DNA of 62,000 nucleotides from Diadema setosum (GCF_964275005.1 NC_092705.1:620001-682000), one strand, 5' to 3'. Counted from the first letter of the stretch, positions 36,125 to 47,574 are shown. The notes: generated from the sequence alone by a model not told the origin. Numbers and translations are program-made.

Positions 36125-39100
36125 TCAGCTTCTGCTTAGGAAGTCGGCTCCAACATTGTCGGAGCCACGAATGGCTTCGATGCGGAAGCGGAATGGTTGG
36201 AGGGCGAGAGCCCATCTCATCACTCTGCTGTTGATGCGTTTGGTACGGTTGAGATAGAGGAGCGGTTGGTGGTCGGTTTCAAGGGTGAATTCAGTGCCTT
36301 CAAGGTACGTTTGGAACTTGTGAATTCCCCACACCAACGCCAAGCATTCTCGCTCGATCGTGGAATAGGCTTGTTCTCGAGCCAAGAGTTTACGACTCGC
36401 ATAGGCGACTGGATGTTTCTCTCCATCGTGCTCTTGGAGGAGAACAGCTCCGAGCCCAGTTGATGAGGCGTCTGTCCTAACGATGAATCTTTGCTGGACA
36501 TCGGGTAGACAGAGAATGGGGCTCTCTACAAGACTACCCTTCAGTTGCATGAAGGCCTCCTCTTCACGCTCAGTCCACTGTACTTGCCTTGGCTCTCGGC
36601 TCCTCGTCTTGTCAGTCAGGGGTGCTGCGATCGACGCAAAATTTGGGATGAAGCGTCTGTAGTAACTAGCCAGACCTATGAAAGCTCGCAGCTGTTTCTT
36701 GGTTTCTGGCCTAGTCGCGTTCTGGATTTTCTCCACTTTGTCTAGCATGGGCTGGACTTTTCCGTGTTGCACGAGGTGTCCCAAGAACTCTACTTGTTTG
36801 CAACCAAGTTGACACTTGCTGGGGCGAGCAGTCAGTCTTGCTGCTCTCAGTCGTCGAAGCAACTCGCGTAGTGTATCGAGGTGCTCCTCCCATGTCCGTG
36901 TGTGTATGAGGATGTCATCCAAGTAGTTTGTCACGTGCTTCATGCCTGCCAGCAATTTCCGCATCACTCGGCTGAACGTGGCCGGTGCGTTGACTAGCCC
37001 AAAAGGCATTACGCGGAAATGGTACAGCCCACCTGTAGTCTGAAATGCTGTCTTCTCCTTTGCGTCATCTGAGAGAGGGATCTGCCAGTATCCCTTACTC
37101 AAATCCACTTTGGAGAAGTAGTGTGATCCTGACAGTCCAGCGAATATTTCTTCTGCGTTGGGAAGGGGTTCGGCGTCGAAGACAGTGACGCGATTCAGCC
37201 GTCGAAAATCGATGCAGAAGCGATTACTGCCGTCAGATTTCTTCACGATCACAATTGGGGAAGAGTATGGGGAGTTAGACTTTTCTATGACCCCTAACTC
37301 GACCATCTTCTCAACTTCCTCTTCAATCACGCCGCGGAGGGCATGAGGGACAGGATACGGTTTCTGTCTGACCGGGTCATCTGATGTCAGCCGGATTGAG
37401 TGGCTGCCTAGGTGTGTCTTACCCGGGAGGTCAGTCATGACATCCCTATACGCACCCATCAACCTCTTTATCTGGCCTTGCTGCTTAGCCTCCACGTCTG
37501 GTCCGAACTTTACGTCCTCTACAGTCTCGTTTGCCTCTAGGACTGGGACTTGTACGGTCATGGGGCTGGGGGTTGGAGGTCCGACTACCTCCTCGTCGTC
37601 GTCGTCGTCGTCATCCTGGTCGACGATCGTGGCCTGAGCGACGACTTCCAACATCCCTGCAGCATACACCTCAGAACCTTCATTCACATGATTAGAGGTT
37701 ATCTTACTCAAGTCTACTCTCTCTGTGTATTTCTTCAACAGGTTGGCGTGGAAAGTCTTCATCTTTCCATTGACATCTAGACAACAATTATTGTCACCAA
37801 GCCTGTGTGCAACTCTAAATGGGCCTTTCCATTGTAGGAGAAGCTTATTGTGATAAGTGGGTAGGAGGATTAGTACTTTGTCATCCGGGTTAAATCTACG
37901 CTGCCTACTCCTAGCATTGTAGTGTTTTGCATTCCTGGATGTTGCCCTACGTAGTTCCTCATGAGCCGCGGCTAGCGTGCTCTTCAGCCTCTCTTTGAGA
38001 TCGACTACGTACTGGTACGTGGTCTTCAACTCTGGGTCATGAGTCTGACCACTCCACAAGTCCTTCAGAATCTCTAGGGGACCTCTCACCTGCCTACCAT
38101 AGATCAACTCAAATGGTGAGTAACTAAGCGAAGCCTGGGGGGCGGACCGGTATGCAGACAACACTGGTCCCAAGTATCTGTCCCAATCGTGAGGATGGTC
38201 AGCACAGACTCTCTTCAAGATTTGTTTCAACGTCTGATTAAATCTTTCGACTAATCCGTTGCACATCGGATGGTATGGGGTGGTGGTTAGTTGTCGAATG
38301 GACAGTAACCTACTAACTTCTCGCATCATGTCAGACGTGAATTGACTACCTCGGTCTGTTAGTATCTCTTGAGGCACACCTACCCGGCAAAACACCTCGA
38401 CCATAGCCTCTGCTACTGTGGTAGTTTCGATGTTGGGTAGTGCAACAGCCTCCGGATATTGAGATGCATAGTCGACGATCGTCAGGATGTATCGATTCTT
38501 CCTGGTCGTCGTGGGGTGGATAGGGCCTACTATGTCGATAGCTACTCGGAGAAAAGGTGTGTCAATTACTGGCATCTGACCAAGTGGTACCTTGGGAACT
38601 CTTCCCTTTGGCACCGTCCTTTGACAAATATCGCAAGAGCAACAGAAACGAGCAACGTCAGCATGAATGCCAGGCCAGAAAAAACAAGACAAAACCTTCT
38701 CTGTAGTCTTACCTATGCCTTGATGACCACTCATGATACCTTCATGAGCAAGGGACAACACTGCCTTTCGAAATGGCCTCGGCACTACCAACTGTTTCAC
38801 CGAATTACTAGTCTGGCTTTTAGGCTGGAATATCCTGTACAACAGTCCGTCTTCGAAGACGAAGTGTGTATCTCTCCTCTCTTCATCTGACAACCTAACC
38901 TGAGCAAGCTCCCTGGCTTTCTTCAAAGTGGGATCGGTTGCCGTTTCCTGCCTGATTTGTTCAGGGGATACATTTGGGATTTCCGATGGAACAACAAGAG
39001 GGCGTTGCGGGCGCTTTGATTCCCGACTCTGAGATCTTGTCTGCACAGCCATGCCTACACTAGTACTAGTACTACCATCACATATGACGTCATCATCCTT

Positions 39101-39481
39101 CCAACCTGGATGGGGGTCACTGACTGAGTGAACATTCTCAATGTAACCTATTATGACATCGAAGACAGGCGTCTCCATGCATAAGGCCTCTGTAGTGCCT
39201 ACAAACAACGGGGAACTAATGTGAACGCGCGCCAATGGGAATTGACGCACAGTTCCGTCAATCAAAAGACATTGTCTATGTTTGCCTGTGAACTGATCAG
39301 AAGTCACAAGAGATTTCCTCACTACTACGCCCGAACAGCCCGTATCATGAAGCACAGCTACCTTCGTGGACCCAATCCTACCATCTACTACAGGTAACTG
39401 ACTCCGCCAATGACGCTGACATGCAGCACACATCAATGGGATTTCTTTAATCCTCTCCCTGGGAGCTGGTTCTCCCTTCAC
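36125..39481 (-). CDS. Gypsy pol polyprotein: protease, integrase, reverse transcriptase, RNase H
   Basis: 1118 aa: DTGC protease; H-H-C-C zinc motif, DIVGP / TDRGSQF / ERFNQT integrase core and WKGPF; then RFCIDFR / YLDD RT; then TDAS...ADFLSR RNase H. Confidence 0.95.
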   Translation of the reverse strand: MKGEPAPRERIKEIPLMCAACQRHWRSQLPVVDGRIGSTKVAVLHDTGCSGVVVRKSLVTSDQFTGKHRQCLLIDGTVRQFPLARVHISSPLFVGTTEALCMETPVFDVIIGYIENVHSVSDPHPGWKDDDVICDGSTSTSVGMAVQTRSQSRESKRPQRPLVVPSEIPNVSPEQIRQETATDPTLKKARELAQVRLSDEERRDTHFVFEDGLLYRIFQPKSQTSNSVKQLVVPRPFRKAVLSLAHEGIMSGHQGIGKTTEKVLSCFFWPGIHADVARFCCSCDICQRTVPKGRVPKVPLGQMPVIDTPFLRVAIDIVGPIHPTTTRKNRYILTIVDYASQYPEAVALPNIETTTVAEAMVEVFCRVGVPQEILTDRGSQFTSDMMREVSRLLSIRQLTTTPYHPMCNGLVERFNQTLKQILKRVCADHPHDWDRYLGPVLSAYRSAPQASLSYSPFELIYGRQVRGPLEILKDLWSGQTHDPELKTTYQYVVDLKERLKSTLAAAHEELRRATSRNAKHYNARSRQRRFNPDDKVLILLPTYHNKLLLQWKGPFRVAHRLGDNNCCLDVNGKMKTFHANLLKKYTERVDLSKITSNHVNEGSEVYAAGMLEVVAQATIVDQDDDDDDDEEVVGPPTPSPMTVQVPVLEANETVEDVKFGPDVEAKQQGQIKRLMGAYRDVMTDLPGKTHLGSHSIRLTSDDPVRQKPYPVPHALRGVIEEEVEKMVELGVIEKSNSPYSSPIVIVKKSDGSNRFCIDFRRLNRVTVFDAEPLPNAEEIFAGLSGSHYFSKVDLSKGYWQIPLSDDAKEKTAFQTTGGLYHFRVMPFGLVNAPATFSRVMRKLLAGMKHVTNYLDDILIHTRTWEEHLDTLRELLRRLRAARLTARPSKCQLGCKQVEFLGHLVQHGKVQPMLDKVEKIQNATRPETKKQLRAFIGLASYYRRFIPNFASIAAPLTDKTRSREPRQVQWTEREEEAFMQLKGSLVESPILCLPDVQQRFIVRTDASSTGLGAVLLQEHDGEKHPVAYASRKLLAREQAYSTIERECLALVWGIHKFQTYLEGTEFTLETDHQPLLYLNRTKRINSRVMRWALALQPFRFRIEAIRGSDNVGADFLSRS

Positions 39482-40603
39482 TTCCTGACTATCAACAACA
39501 ACCCGCCTGTCTCGCGCGTATGACTACTATCTTGCATAGCATGGGAACAAGTCGGACACGACGCCTGAGCACTCTCAAATTCAGGGGGCGTATCCTTCGT
39601 AGGGGATTTATCTGACTGCCTACTCGGACTCTGCTTGCGACCTCTATGACCTTGCGTACTCACAAGACTAGCAGCTTGAGGCTTCAGTCTACACCTAGAA
39701 GCTACATGACCCATCTTATCACAGATAAAGCATGGGCCGACTCTACGCCTATTCGTAGGTGGACTCCGACTGGGATTCCATGTACGGTTTTGCCCTTCAC
39801 TAGACTGATTAGGGGGTCTACTTGCTAGTGGTTTGGCCTTCTTGTCACCCTTACTCAACTTAGCGACACCAAAATGACCACCATGCGCCTGTACATACGT
39901 GTCTGCCAGGCTACTCATCTCGGAAAGAGTCTTGGGTTTCCTCTCCTTGAGAAACAATGCCAAAGGGGTTCCCCCTCTATCAAGAAGCTGCTGTCTCAAC
40001 AACATGTCTACTAAGCCTTCATATGTCCGCTTTGTCTCAGACAATTCTATCCAACGACTCAAGTAATGTTCCAATCGAACTACAAACTGGCTGGGTGTCT
40101 CCCCCTGCTCTGGGTTAGAGTACCGAAACTTTTTGCGGAAATCATCGCAGGTAAGTTCAAACCTCCTCAACAGTGCTTCTTTTAGAGCATCATAATCATC
40201 GGCTTTATCATCTGGAAGCCTACAATACACATCAAGGGCCTTGCCCTGCAACAGTGCACTAAGACTGATTGCCCAACTAGTCCTCGGCCAGGACTGACTT
40301 TCTGCGTATTTTTCAAATCGGCTTAAATACGCATCCATATTATCTTTCCCTTCTGAAAAAGGGGGGAGCTTAGGGGATGGTGCCCAACGACGGCTGTTGT
40401 CCTACTCCGTGCTATCCATACTCTCAGAAAGTCTCTGATTTTGTATGCGTGCCAGCTCAAGTTTTTTTTCTAGGATCCTCTCCTCCTGTTTTCTATCTTC
40501 CCTATTTGCCTGACGTTCGTCTCTCCCTAGTGTCTACAAATTTTTGAAGGTCCTCTCCTGACATACCCAGTTCCTTTCCAATATCAAGCCATTTAGTACC
40601 CAT
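39478..40603 (-). CDS. Gypsy gag (SCAN-like capsid region + CCHC zinc knuckle), 5' part disrupted
   Basis: ORF 39478-40338 (YLSRFE...W...LLQGKAL...YDALKEALL; CFICDKMGHVASRC). The probable ATG at 40603 (MGTKWLDIGKELG) is separated from it by a frameshift and an in-frame TAG at ~40403. Confidence 0.85.
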
Positions 40604-40960
40604 AATGAGCCCTACAGATTACACTTATACCAGTTAAATTATCAGTATCTCACTTTTCCCCTGGGTGTCCCACAATCAGATGTTAGAAAACTATGTTAAC
40701 TAACGCAATTGTTAGCAATTCTTGCATAATTTGGTAACTCACCAATGACAGAAGTGGGCTAATTGCTTGCGCTTGTCCTTGCCGCGCGTGCCGGATGCTA
40801 GCAGTGATGGTGCACTGGCGTGTCCGTGGTTCCGCTAGGCCAGCTGCACTTGCAAGAGCCCTTCTGCTAACTGCAACTTAGAAAATGGTTACAAAAATAC
40901 GTCAGTACAATGGTCCTTCAATTATACATCAAAACTCGGGTAAAGTTATGATCAAACAAC

Positions 40961-40977
40961 TCCCGGACAAGCCCCCA
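40961..40977 (-). promoter_or_regulatory. Primer binding site, tRNA-Pro
   Basis: Minus strand TGGGGGCTTGTCCGGGA lies 3 nt after the 5' LTR and is complementary (1 mismatch) to the tRNA-Pro 3' end. Confidence 0.85.
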
Positions 40978-40980
40978 AAT

Positions 40981-42038
40981 TGTCACAGTGTGTTACAAGT
41001 GACCTAGCTTATTGGTCTAGATGAGGCAGTTTGATCACCCGAAATGAAATATAAGAAGAGATTAAGTACCGTTGAAATTATGTGTGCATTTATTAAAGTG
41101 TAATCAAGTCTTCAAATCATACATCCGGTCGTACAATATAATAGTCTTCTGAGCTCAGAGTTTGAACATATCTCGCAGATTAAATGACTGTTATCCCATA
41201 TATCAAATACTAACAACCTTCTAACTCCAAAACTAATAACTCTCAATATGTATCTTTTGACTTATAAACTAACTCAGTAACCCAGTACTATCACACTCCT
41301 CACAATATTGACATAATTATGAGACGGCGTGGGCATGTGGCTTGCCACAACAAAAGATATCCCTGACCATAATGTCGGTCAGCGTTCAGGGTTCACTTCA
41401 ATACAAACTTGTGGTTCCGGTTTATCATTTATTGGGAAATGTTGTCATACTGACTTTGCTTCGCGAATCGGCGTTCTCCATATGCGACGACAGCCTTGCG
41501 TCCTTGGAGACGGCGAACGCGAAGCGCCTGGAGAATGTGTCGGGGCGACAACGACGTCCTTCGACCGGTCAACCGCGGTTCAGCGAAGGCGACGGATCCA
41601 GCCCCGTGTAACCGGCGTTACTGTGGAGGGGGTGTGTCTCGAACTCGGCGAGGGAAATCCGGGCAAACGGATCAGGCAGCGGCTGAACAGGAGGCACCTG
41701 TGGAGTCTCGACCCGGTGATTGTGTGAGCTTATGTGGACGAAGCTCCACTATACCCTTAACAGCCGTAGTTGGGCCTTAGACACCCCAGTTGTGGCATCA
41801 CTGCTAGACAAGGCTCTGCAGCGTCTGGTCTGTCTGGTGACAAGACAGGGTGTGGCAGCTTCACTTCTTGTGAGCCTGCCTATACATACGCTGGCTGCTG
41901 CAAACTTAGCTATGCTGTGGAACAATAGCTGTCAAACACCTGCATGTGGGATGCCATCAACCCGGCTAAATTCATATTCAAATTCACTTCCTCCCAGACT
42001 GGAGGGTATTTAAATTAGATTTAAATCAACTCCTTACA
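40981..42038 (-). repeat. 5' LTR
   Basis: Direct repeat of 34691-35748, adjacent to the PBS. Confidence 0.95.
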
Positions 42039-42043
42039 ATAAC

Positions 42044-44671
42044 ATTGATTGTTTTTTAGAAAGTTTTGATCAAATTTTGAGTATTATTTCTCAGGAAAAG
42101 AAAGACAGTTTTATAATGGGAGATTTTAATATTGATCTTTTAAATAATTCTGATAATCATACAATGCAGTTGTTAAGTTTATTGGCAACTTATTTATTTC
42201 AACCACATATCAGCAACCCAACAAGAATTTCTAGTACATCGAAAACTCTTATTGATAACATATTTTCAAATGTAATAAACACAGAATTTACAAATGGTAT
42301 ATTTTATTATGATATATCTGATCATTTACCTGTTTTTACCATCAATGATAGTTTTTTGCAAACAAAACAATATTTTGATCATAAAAAATCTCAAATGTAT
42401 TATAAGGAAACAGAAAGTAACATTAACTCTTTGATATTTGATTTAGCGCAGGAAGAATGGGGCGATGTATTTGATGAAAGCAAGGCTGATACTGCTTATG
42501 AAAAATTTATCAGCAGGTTATTGTATTATTATCAGAAAAATATTCCTGTCACGTGAGTGACTTTTTTTTTCTCTGCTACTCTGACACCGAACATAACTGC
42601 ATGCAAACAGTTTGAATTTCCGTTCTTTCGGTGTCAGAGTAGCAGAAAAAAAAAAGTCACTCACGTGACAATTCCTTTAGTTAAACGGAAACCTTTAAAG
42701 AAAAATAGACAACCCTGGATTACCAAAGGTATTATGCGGTCTATATCAACCCGTAATAAGTTATATAAGCAAGCAATAAAGAATCAAAGTAATTATTTAT
42801 TTATGAAATACCGGAAATATAGAAATCAATTAACATCAGTAATAAGATTGTCCCGAAAATTGTATTATTCAAATAATATAGAAAAAAATAAGGATAATAT
42901 TTTTTCATTGTGGAAAACTGTCAATGCTCTCATGGCAAAGACGGTAAAAGAAACTACCAACTCTATCATCATTGACAATGAGGAAATTACTGATTTTACC
43001 ACAATCGCTAACTCATTTAATGATTACTTTATAAATATTGGTCCTAGTTTAGCATCTAATATGAACTCGTGTAATACACATTTTACTGATTATTTACCTA
43101 ATCCTTGTGAAAATTCATTATTTCTCACGCCTACCAATGATCATGAAATAATCAATGTTGTCCAGAATCTGAAAACAACTAAATCGAGTGGGCATGATGG
43201 TCTTAGTGTTCATTTATTGAAACAAATAATTCTTTACATTGCAAACCCCCTAACTCACGTATTCAATATGTCTCTTTCAACAGGCATTTTTCCGAACTCA
43301 TTCAAACTTGCAAAAGTTATTCCTATTCATAAAAAAGATGACTCTAAATTAATGAGCAATTATAGACCAATTTCATTATTACCAAGTATATCCAAAGTTC
43401 TTGAAAAAATTGTGTATAAAAGGTTATATCAGTTTTTACAAACCAATAATTTATTGATACCCAATCAATTTGGATTTAGAAGTGGATATTCTACTGATTA
43501 TGCAATCGCTCACATGTGTGATAAAATAACTGAAGCTTTTGCTGATAAGAAGCATGTTATAGGTATATACATGGATTTGTCGAAAGCATTCGACACCATC
43601 GACCATGAAGTATTGATATAATATAAACTTAATACGTATGGAGTCCGAGGTCACGCTCTGCTCTGGTTTATAAATTATTTGCAAAACCGTCAACAGTATG
43701 TTAGTTTTCAGTCTTATGAATCACAGAAACTTGATATTAAATGTGGGGTACCTCAAGGTTCCATTTTAGGGCCTCTGTTGTTTAACATTTATATAAATGA
43801 TACTATAAGTTCCTCTCCATCTCTGAATTTTATACTTTCTGCTGATGATACATCTATTATTACATCAGATTATGATATAGGGACCCTTGTTAATCGTTTG
43901 AACACTGAATTATTGAATATATTGAATTGGTTTAAATCAAACAAGTTATCTTTGAATGTTAACAAGACAAATCTTGTTCATTTTAGAAAACCCTTCTCAC
44001 AGGATCTTAATGTCAATATATCAATTGATGGGTTTTCCCTTTGCGAGAAACAGGTTATTAGATTTTTAGGCATTACAATCGATTCTCATTTGACATGGAA
44101 CGAACATATATCCTGTCTACAAAGGACCCTGTCAAGAAATATTGGCGTACTCTGGAAGTTGAAAGATCTCCTATCAGAACGATCCCTGATTATTTTATAT
44201 AATTCTTTAATTTTGCCTCATATATTGTATTCAAATATTGTATGGGGAAATTGTAGTATTACTAAACTGAATTCATTGTATTTACTCCAAAAGCGTGCTA
44301 TTCGCATTATTACTAATTCCACATATTTATCTCATACAGATCCTTTATTTCATCGTTTGCATTCTTTGAAGCTGCAGGACATCCACATTTTATAAACAGG
44401 TATATTTATGTACAAGTACGCAACAAATCAACTTCCCTCTTTATTTCATAATATTTTTCACTTAAATTCGAATATACACACATATCCAACTCGCCGTTCG
44501 ACAGACTTCCACCTTGTAAACCCCAAAACTGTTTTAGCTCAGAAATCAATTAGACATTACGGTCCCAATGTTTGGAATAACCTACCTGATCAATTAAAGC
44601 AGTGTACTTCACTTTTTTCCTTTAAAGCTCATTTAAAAAAGTATTTATTATTGAAATATGTTTCCAGTTAG
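42044..44671 (+). pseudogene. LINE ORF2 3' part (APE C-terminus + RT), disrupted
   Basis: One reading frame broken by the 124-bp insertion and in-frame TAA stops at 43619 and 44393; the catalytic motif reads SADD. Confidence 0.88.
42547..42670. mobile_element. 124-bp palindromic MITE with TG...CA termini and 5-bp TSD
   Basis: ~45-bp TIRs TGTCACGTGAGTGAC(T)nCTGCTACTCTGACACCGAA; TSD ATTCC at 42542-42546 and 42671-42675. Removing it restores LINE codons N-I-P-L-V-K. Confidence 0.92.
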
Positions 44672-45483
44672 TAGTCTTTGATCAATGTATTTTTTTCTTT
44701 TTTTTTTCCTTAAGTCTCAGTCAGCCCTGATCCATGCAAAATGGTGGTTTTTTTTTTCAATTTTTTTTTCCATTCCCTCCCGTTCCCTTCTTTGAAAATG
44801 ATATTGCATACATTAAGTAAAGCCCATACCTTACCCCCAGAATATGCATGCTACAGCCTTTATTCTCTCTTGCACTGTCACCTGCACACACGACGCACTG
44901 TCACTCGCACACACCTACACTTTTATAGTCTACTATACCATGCAGTAGTCAATGGTGCAGCGTGCTGTTTTTGTTTTTTTCTTGTTTTAAAGCGCCAAGT
45001 CACTATTTTTCTTTTCTGTTTTTTTTTCTCTTTTTTTTTTTCTTTTTTTTTTTCTCTAGCAAAATGTGTTTCGTGTATTAAGATTAAGAGTTTTATGAGT
45101 ACATGTAAAATTGGTGCTGTATTATATTGGTATCACATATTCAGATAGGGCCTCATCCACGTCAAGCTCTGCTTATGATGACGGTCCCTGTATTGATTTC
45201 TCCTTTGTTAATTAGATACAGTATGCCTTAATATGTTATTCTGATTCATATGTCACTTCAGACTAATGTTGTTACGCAAATGATTTTTTTTTTTGTATTG
45301 ATTTGTATGTTATCTGTATCATTCTGTTCTCATTTGCAATTGTATTTGGAGAAAGAAAATGCAAAAATAAACCAATATCAAAGATATATATTACCATATA
45401 CTTCACTATCCCGTATGCAAATACGCTCATTATGCTTATTACGGTATTCAAGACACTTACATAGTTTGAAATTGAAAATTAAT

Positions 45484-46418
45484 GTTATGAATGGATTCCC
45501 CGATATAGAAAACCCTTAAAAAGTTTTATTTCCCATGATTTCTGTTTTCCTGTACCAAAATTAGTAATATATTACATATTTTATATATGCTAATTACGTA
45601 ATTATGCTAATTAGGCTAATAAAAAAAAAGTTGCCCAAGGTTGCCAAGGTGGCAACCAAGCTAAATTTACTCCAATACCCTTCTAGAACACGAATCAATA
45701 ATAAAAAAAAAAAACTTGTACTTAAAAATTTTTCCAGGTCTAGTAAGTTTATATTACATATTTTATATATGCTAATTACATATTTTATATATGCTAATTA
45801 CGTAATGAATGGATTACGTTATGAATGGATTCCCCGATATAGAAAACCCTTAAAAAGTTTTATTTCCCATGATTTCTGTCTTCCTCTACCAAAATTAGTA
45901 ATATATTACATATTTTATATATGCTAATTACGTAATTATGCTAATTAGGCTAATAAAAAAAAAGTTGCCCAAGGTTGCCAAGGTGGCAACCAAGCTAAAT
46001 TTACTCCAATACCCTTCTAGAACACGAATCAATAAAAAAAAAAAAAAAAAACTTGTACTTAAAAATTTTTCCAGGTCTAGTAAGTTTATATTACATATTT
46101 TATATATGCTAATTACATATTTTATATATGCTAATTACGTAATGAATGGATTACGTTATGAATGGATTCCCCGATATAGAAAACCCTTAAAAAGTTTTAT
46201 TTCCCATGATTTCTGTCTTCCTCTACCAAAATTAGTAATATATTACATATTTTATATATGCTAATTACGTAATTATGCTAATTAGGCTAATAAAAAAAAA
46301 AGTTGCCCAAGGTTGCCAAGGTGGCAACCAAGCTAAATCTACTCCAAAACCCTTCTAGAACACGAATCAATTAAAAAAAAAAAAAAAATGTACTTAAAAT
46401 TTTTCCAGGTCTAGTAAG
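45484..46418 (+). repeat. Near-identical tandem triplication (~335 bp) of a DNA-transposon-end-like sequence
   Basis: Units start at 45484, 45818 and 46155 and each contains GTTGCCAAGGTGGCAACC and TTTTCCAGGTCTAG. Related diverged copies lie at ~31571-32095. Confidence 0.9.
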
Positions 46419-47270
46419 TCTCGGTGTCCGCTGATACCACCAGCATGCAGCTGCAGCGCAACGGAATGCAGCACGAGCTTACCACCGTAACAGACCGCTA
46501 CTACGGCCGCCGGTACGATACTGTAATAACGGTACTACACGCACTCGCTGTAGGCTTACCGGTACTGCTGGAGATCAAGTGGAACGTAACCTGTCAAGCC
46601 GCCAAAGGAGCTCATGTAAGATTTTGTTCAAAAGATAAAGCACAAGTGCAAGGTTCTTATCAAATTCTGTTTCAAAACGTGTAGACAGTAATAAGCAACT
46701 TCAATTTAACAGGTTGTTTAGCGACGTCGTGGACAGCTACGAGGTAGGGCTCATACGTTAAAGTAATAGTCCCATATGTTTATTCTTACGTCAGATCTAG
46801 GTGTTTGTCGTATTTCCGAAGACAAAATGAAATTCCAAAGGCAAAGAGACAGACCAATCTTTTTGGTCAAGCTCTAATATCATACACATATTCTTCACAC
46901 GTACTGGTACTCGTTTTGCTTTGTTGGCAAAGGTATTTTTTGTGGAATTTTAATTACTAGGCCTATAACCATTGGTTGTGTCGTTCATTATCATTCCAAT
47001 TACCTACCTATTTATATAGACTAGCATGATTTAGTATTATAAGTTATGGATGGCAGATGGGGCTATGGATACCTGCTATGCTATGGAAGATTCTTAACGC
47101 AGGCTGAGCCTCTGTATTCAGATCCAGGTTTAGTCCTTGAGATGAGCTGGGTCATGACCAGGTGGCGTGGCGTCGAACTTGAATTTTATATGGGTTCATT
47201 GTCCCAGAATTTATCCAAACCAACTTCAAAACTGAAGACACTGGATGCATCTATTAAATTTCTTGGTAAA

Positions 47271-47550
47271 CTATTCCATGGTTTCCTGAGTGATACGCAT
47301 GTAAAATGAGTTTCTTCTTGTAGTGGTATGTGATTGAAAAATATATAACTCTTTACTATGTCCTTTTGTGCATTTTTTTATTAAACCCAAGTCAGGCACT
47401 ACTTCCTGATCATATTTATGAAATAATTTAAAAACTTCAATCATATCACCTCTCGCCCTGCGGTATTGCCTCAATCTCTGTTCATAAGATAAAGATTTTA
47501 TTTCACGTACTAATTTTGTGGCCCTCCGTTTGACATTTTCTAAAGCTAAT
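47271..47550 (-). pseudogene. CR1-type LINE ORF2 C-terminal fragment
   Basis: RRARGDMIEVFK motif and upstream ALENVKRRATK-like sequence. Confidence 0.65.
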
Positions 47551-47574
47551 ATTCCTAGACCCTATTCTGTTTAA

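Larger units (their letters stand above)
34691..42038 (-). mobile_element. Full-length Ty3/gypsy LTR retrotransposon, Gmr1-like (PR-INT-RT-RH order)
   Basis: Two 1058-bp TG...CA LTRs, 5-bp TSD ATAAC (34686-34690 / 42039-42043), PBS, PPT, and gag and pol ORFs on the minus strand. Confidence 0.96.
34108..45385 (+). mobile_element. LINE (CR1/L2 group, APE+RT ORF2) interrupted by a gypsy element and a 124-bp insertion
   Basis: The APE N-terminus lies at 34108-34690 (HINARSL, GISETWL, GGGVAFY, GNIYRSP) and resumes at 42044 (MGDFNIDL, PTRI, IDNIF, DISDHLPV). RT motifs follow (YRPISLL, DLSKAFD, GVPQGSILGP, SADDT) to stop 44671, then a 3' UTR with a stem-loop (~45146-45193) and AATAAA ~45366. Confidence 0.9.

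Noticed and set aside
42557..42670. N-terminus of the 354-aa ORF as genuine protein
   Set aside because: It is translated from the 124-bp insertion, not LINE sequence.
45604..46264. Duplicated 107/108-aa ORFs
   Set aside because: Artefacts of the AT-rich tandem triplication; no domain.
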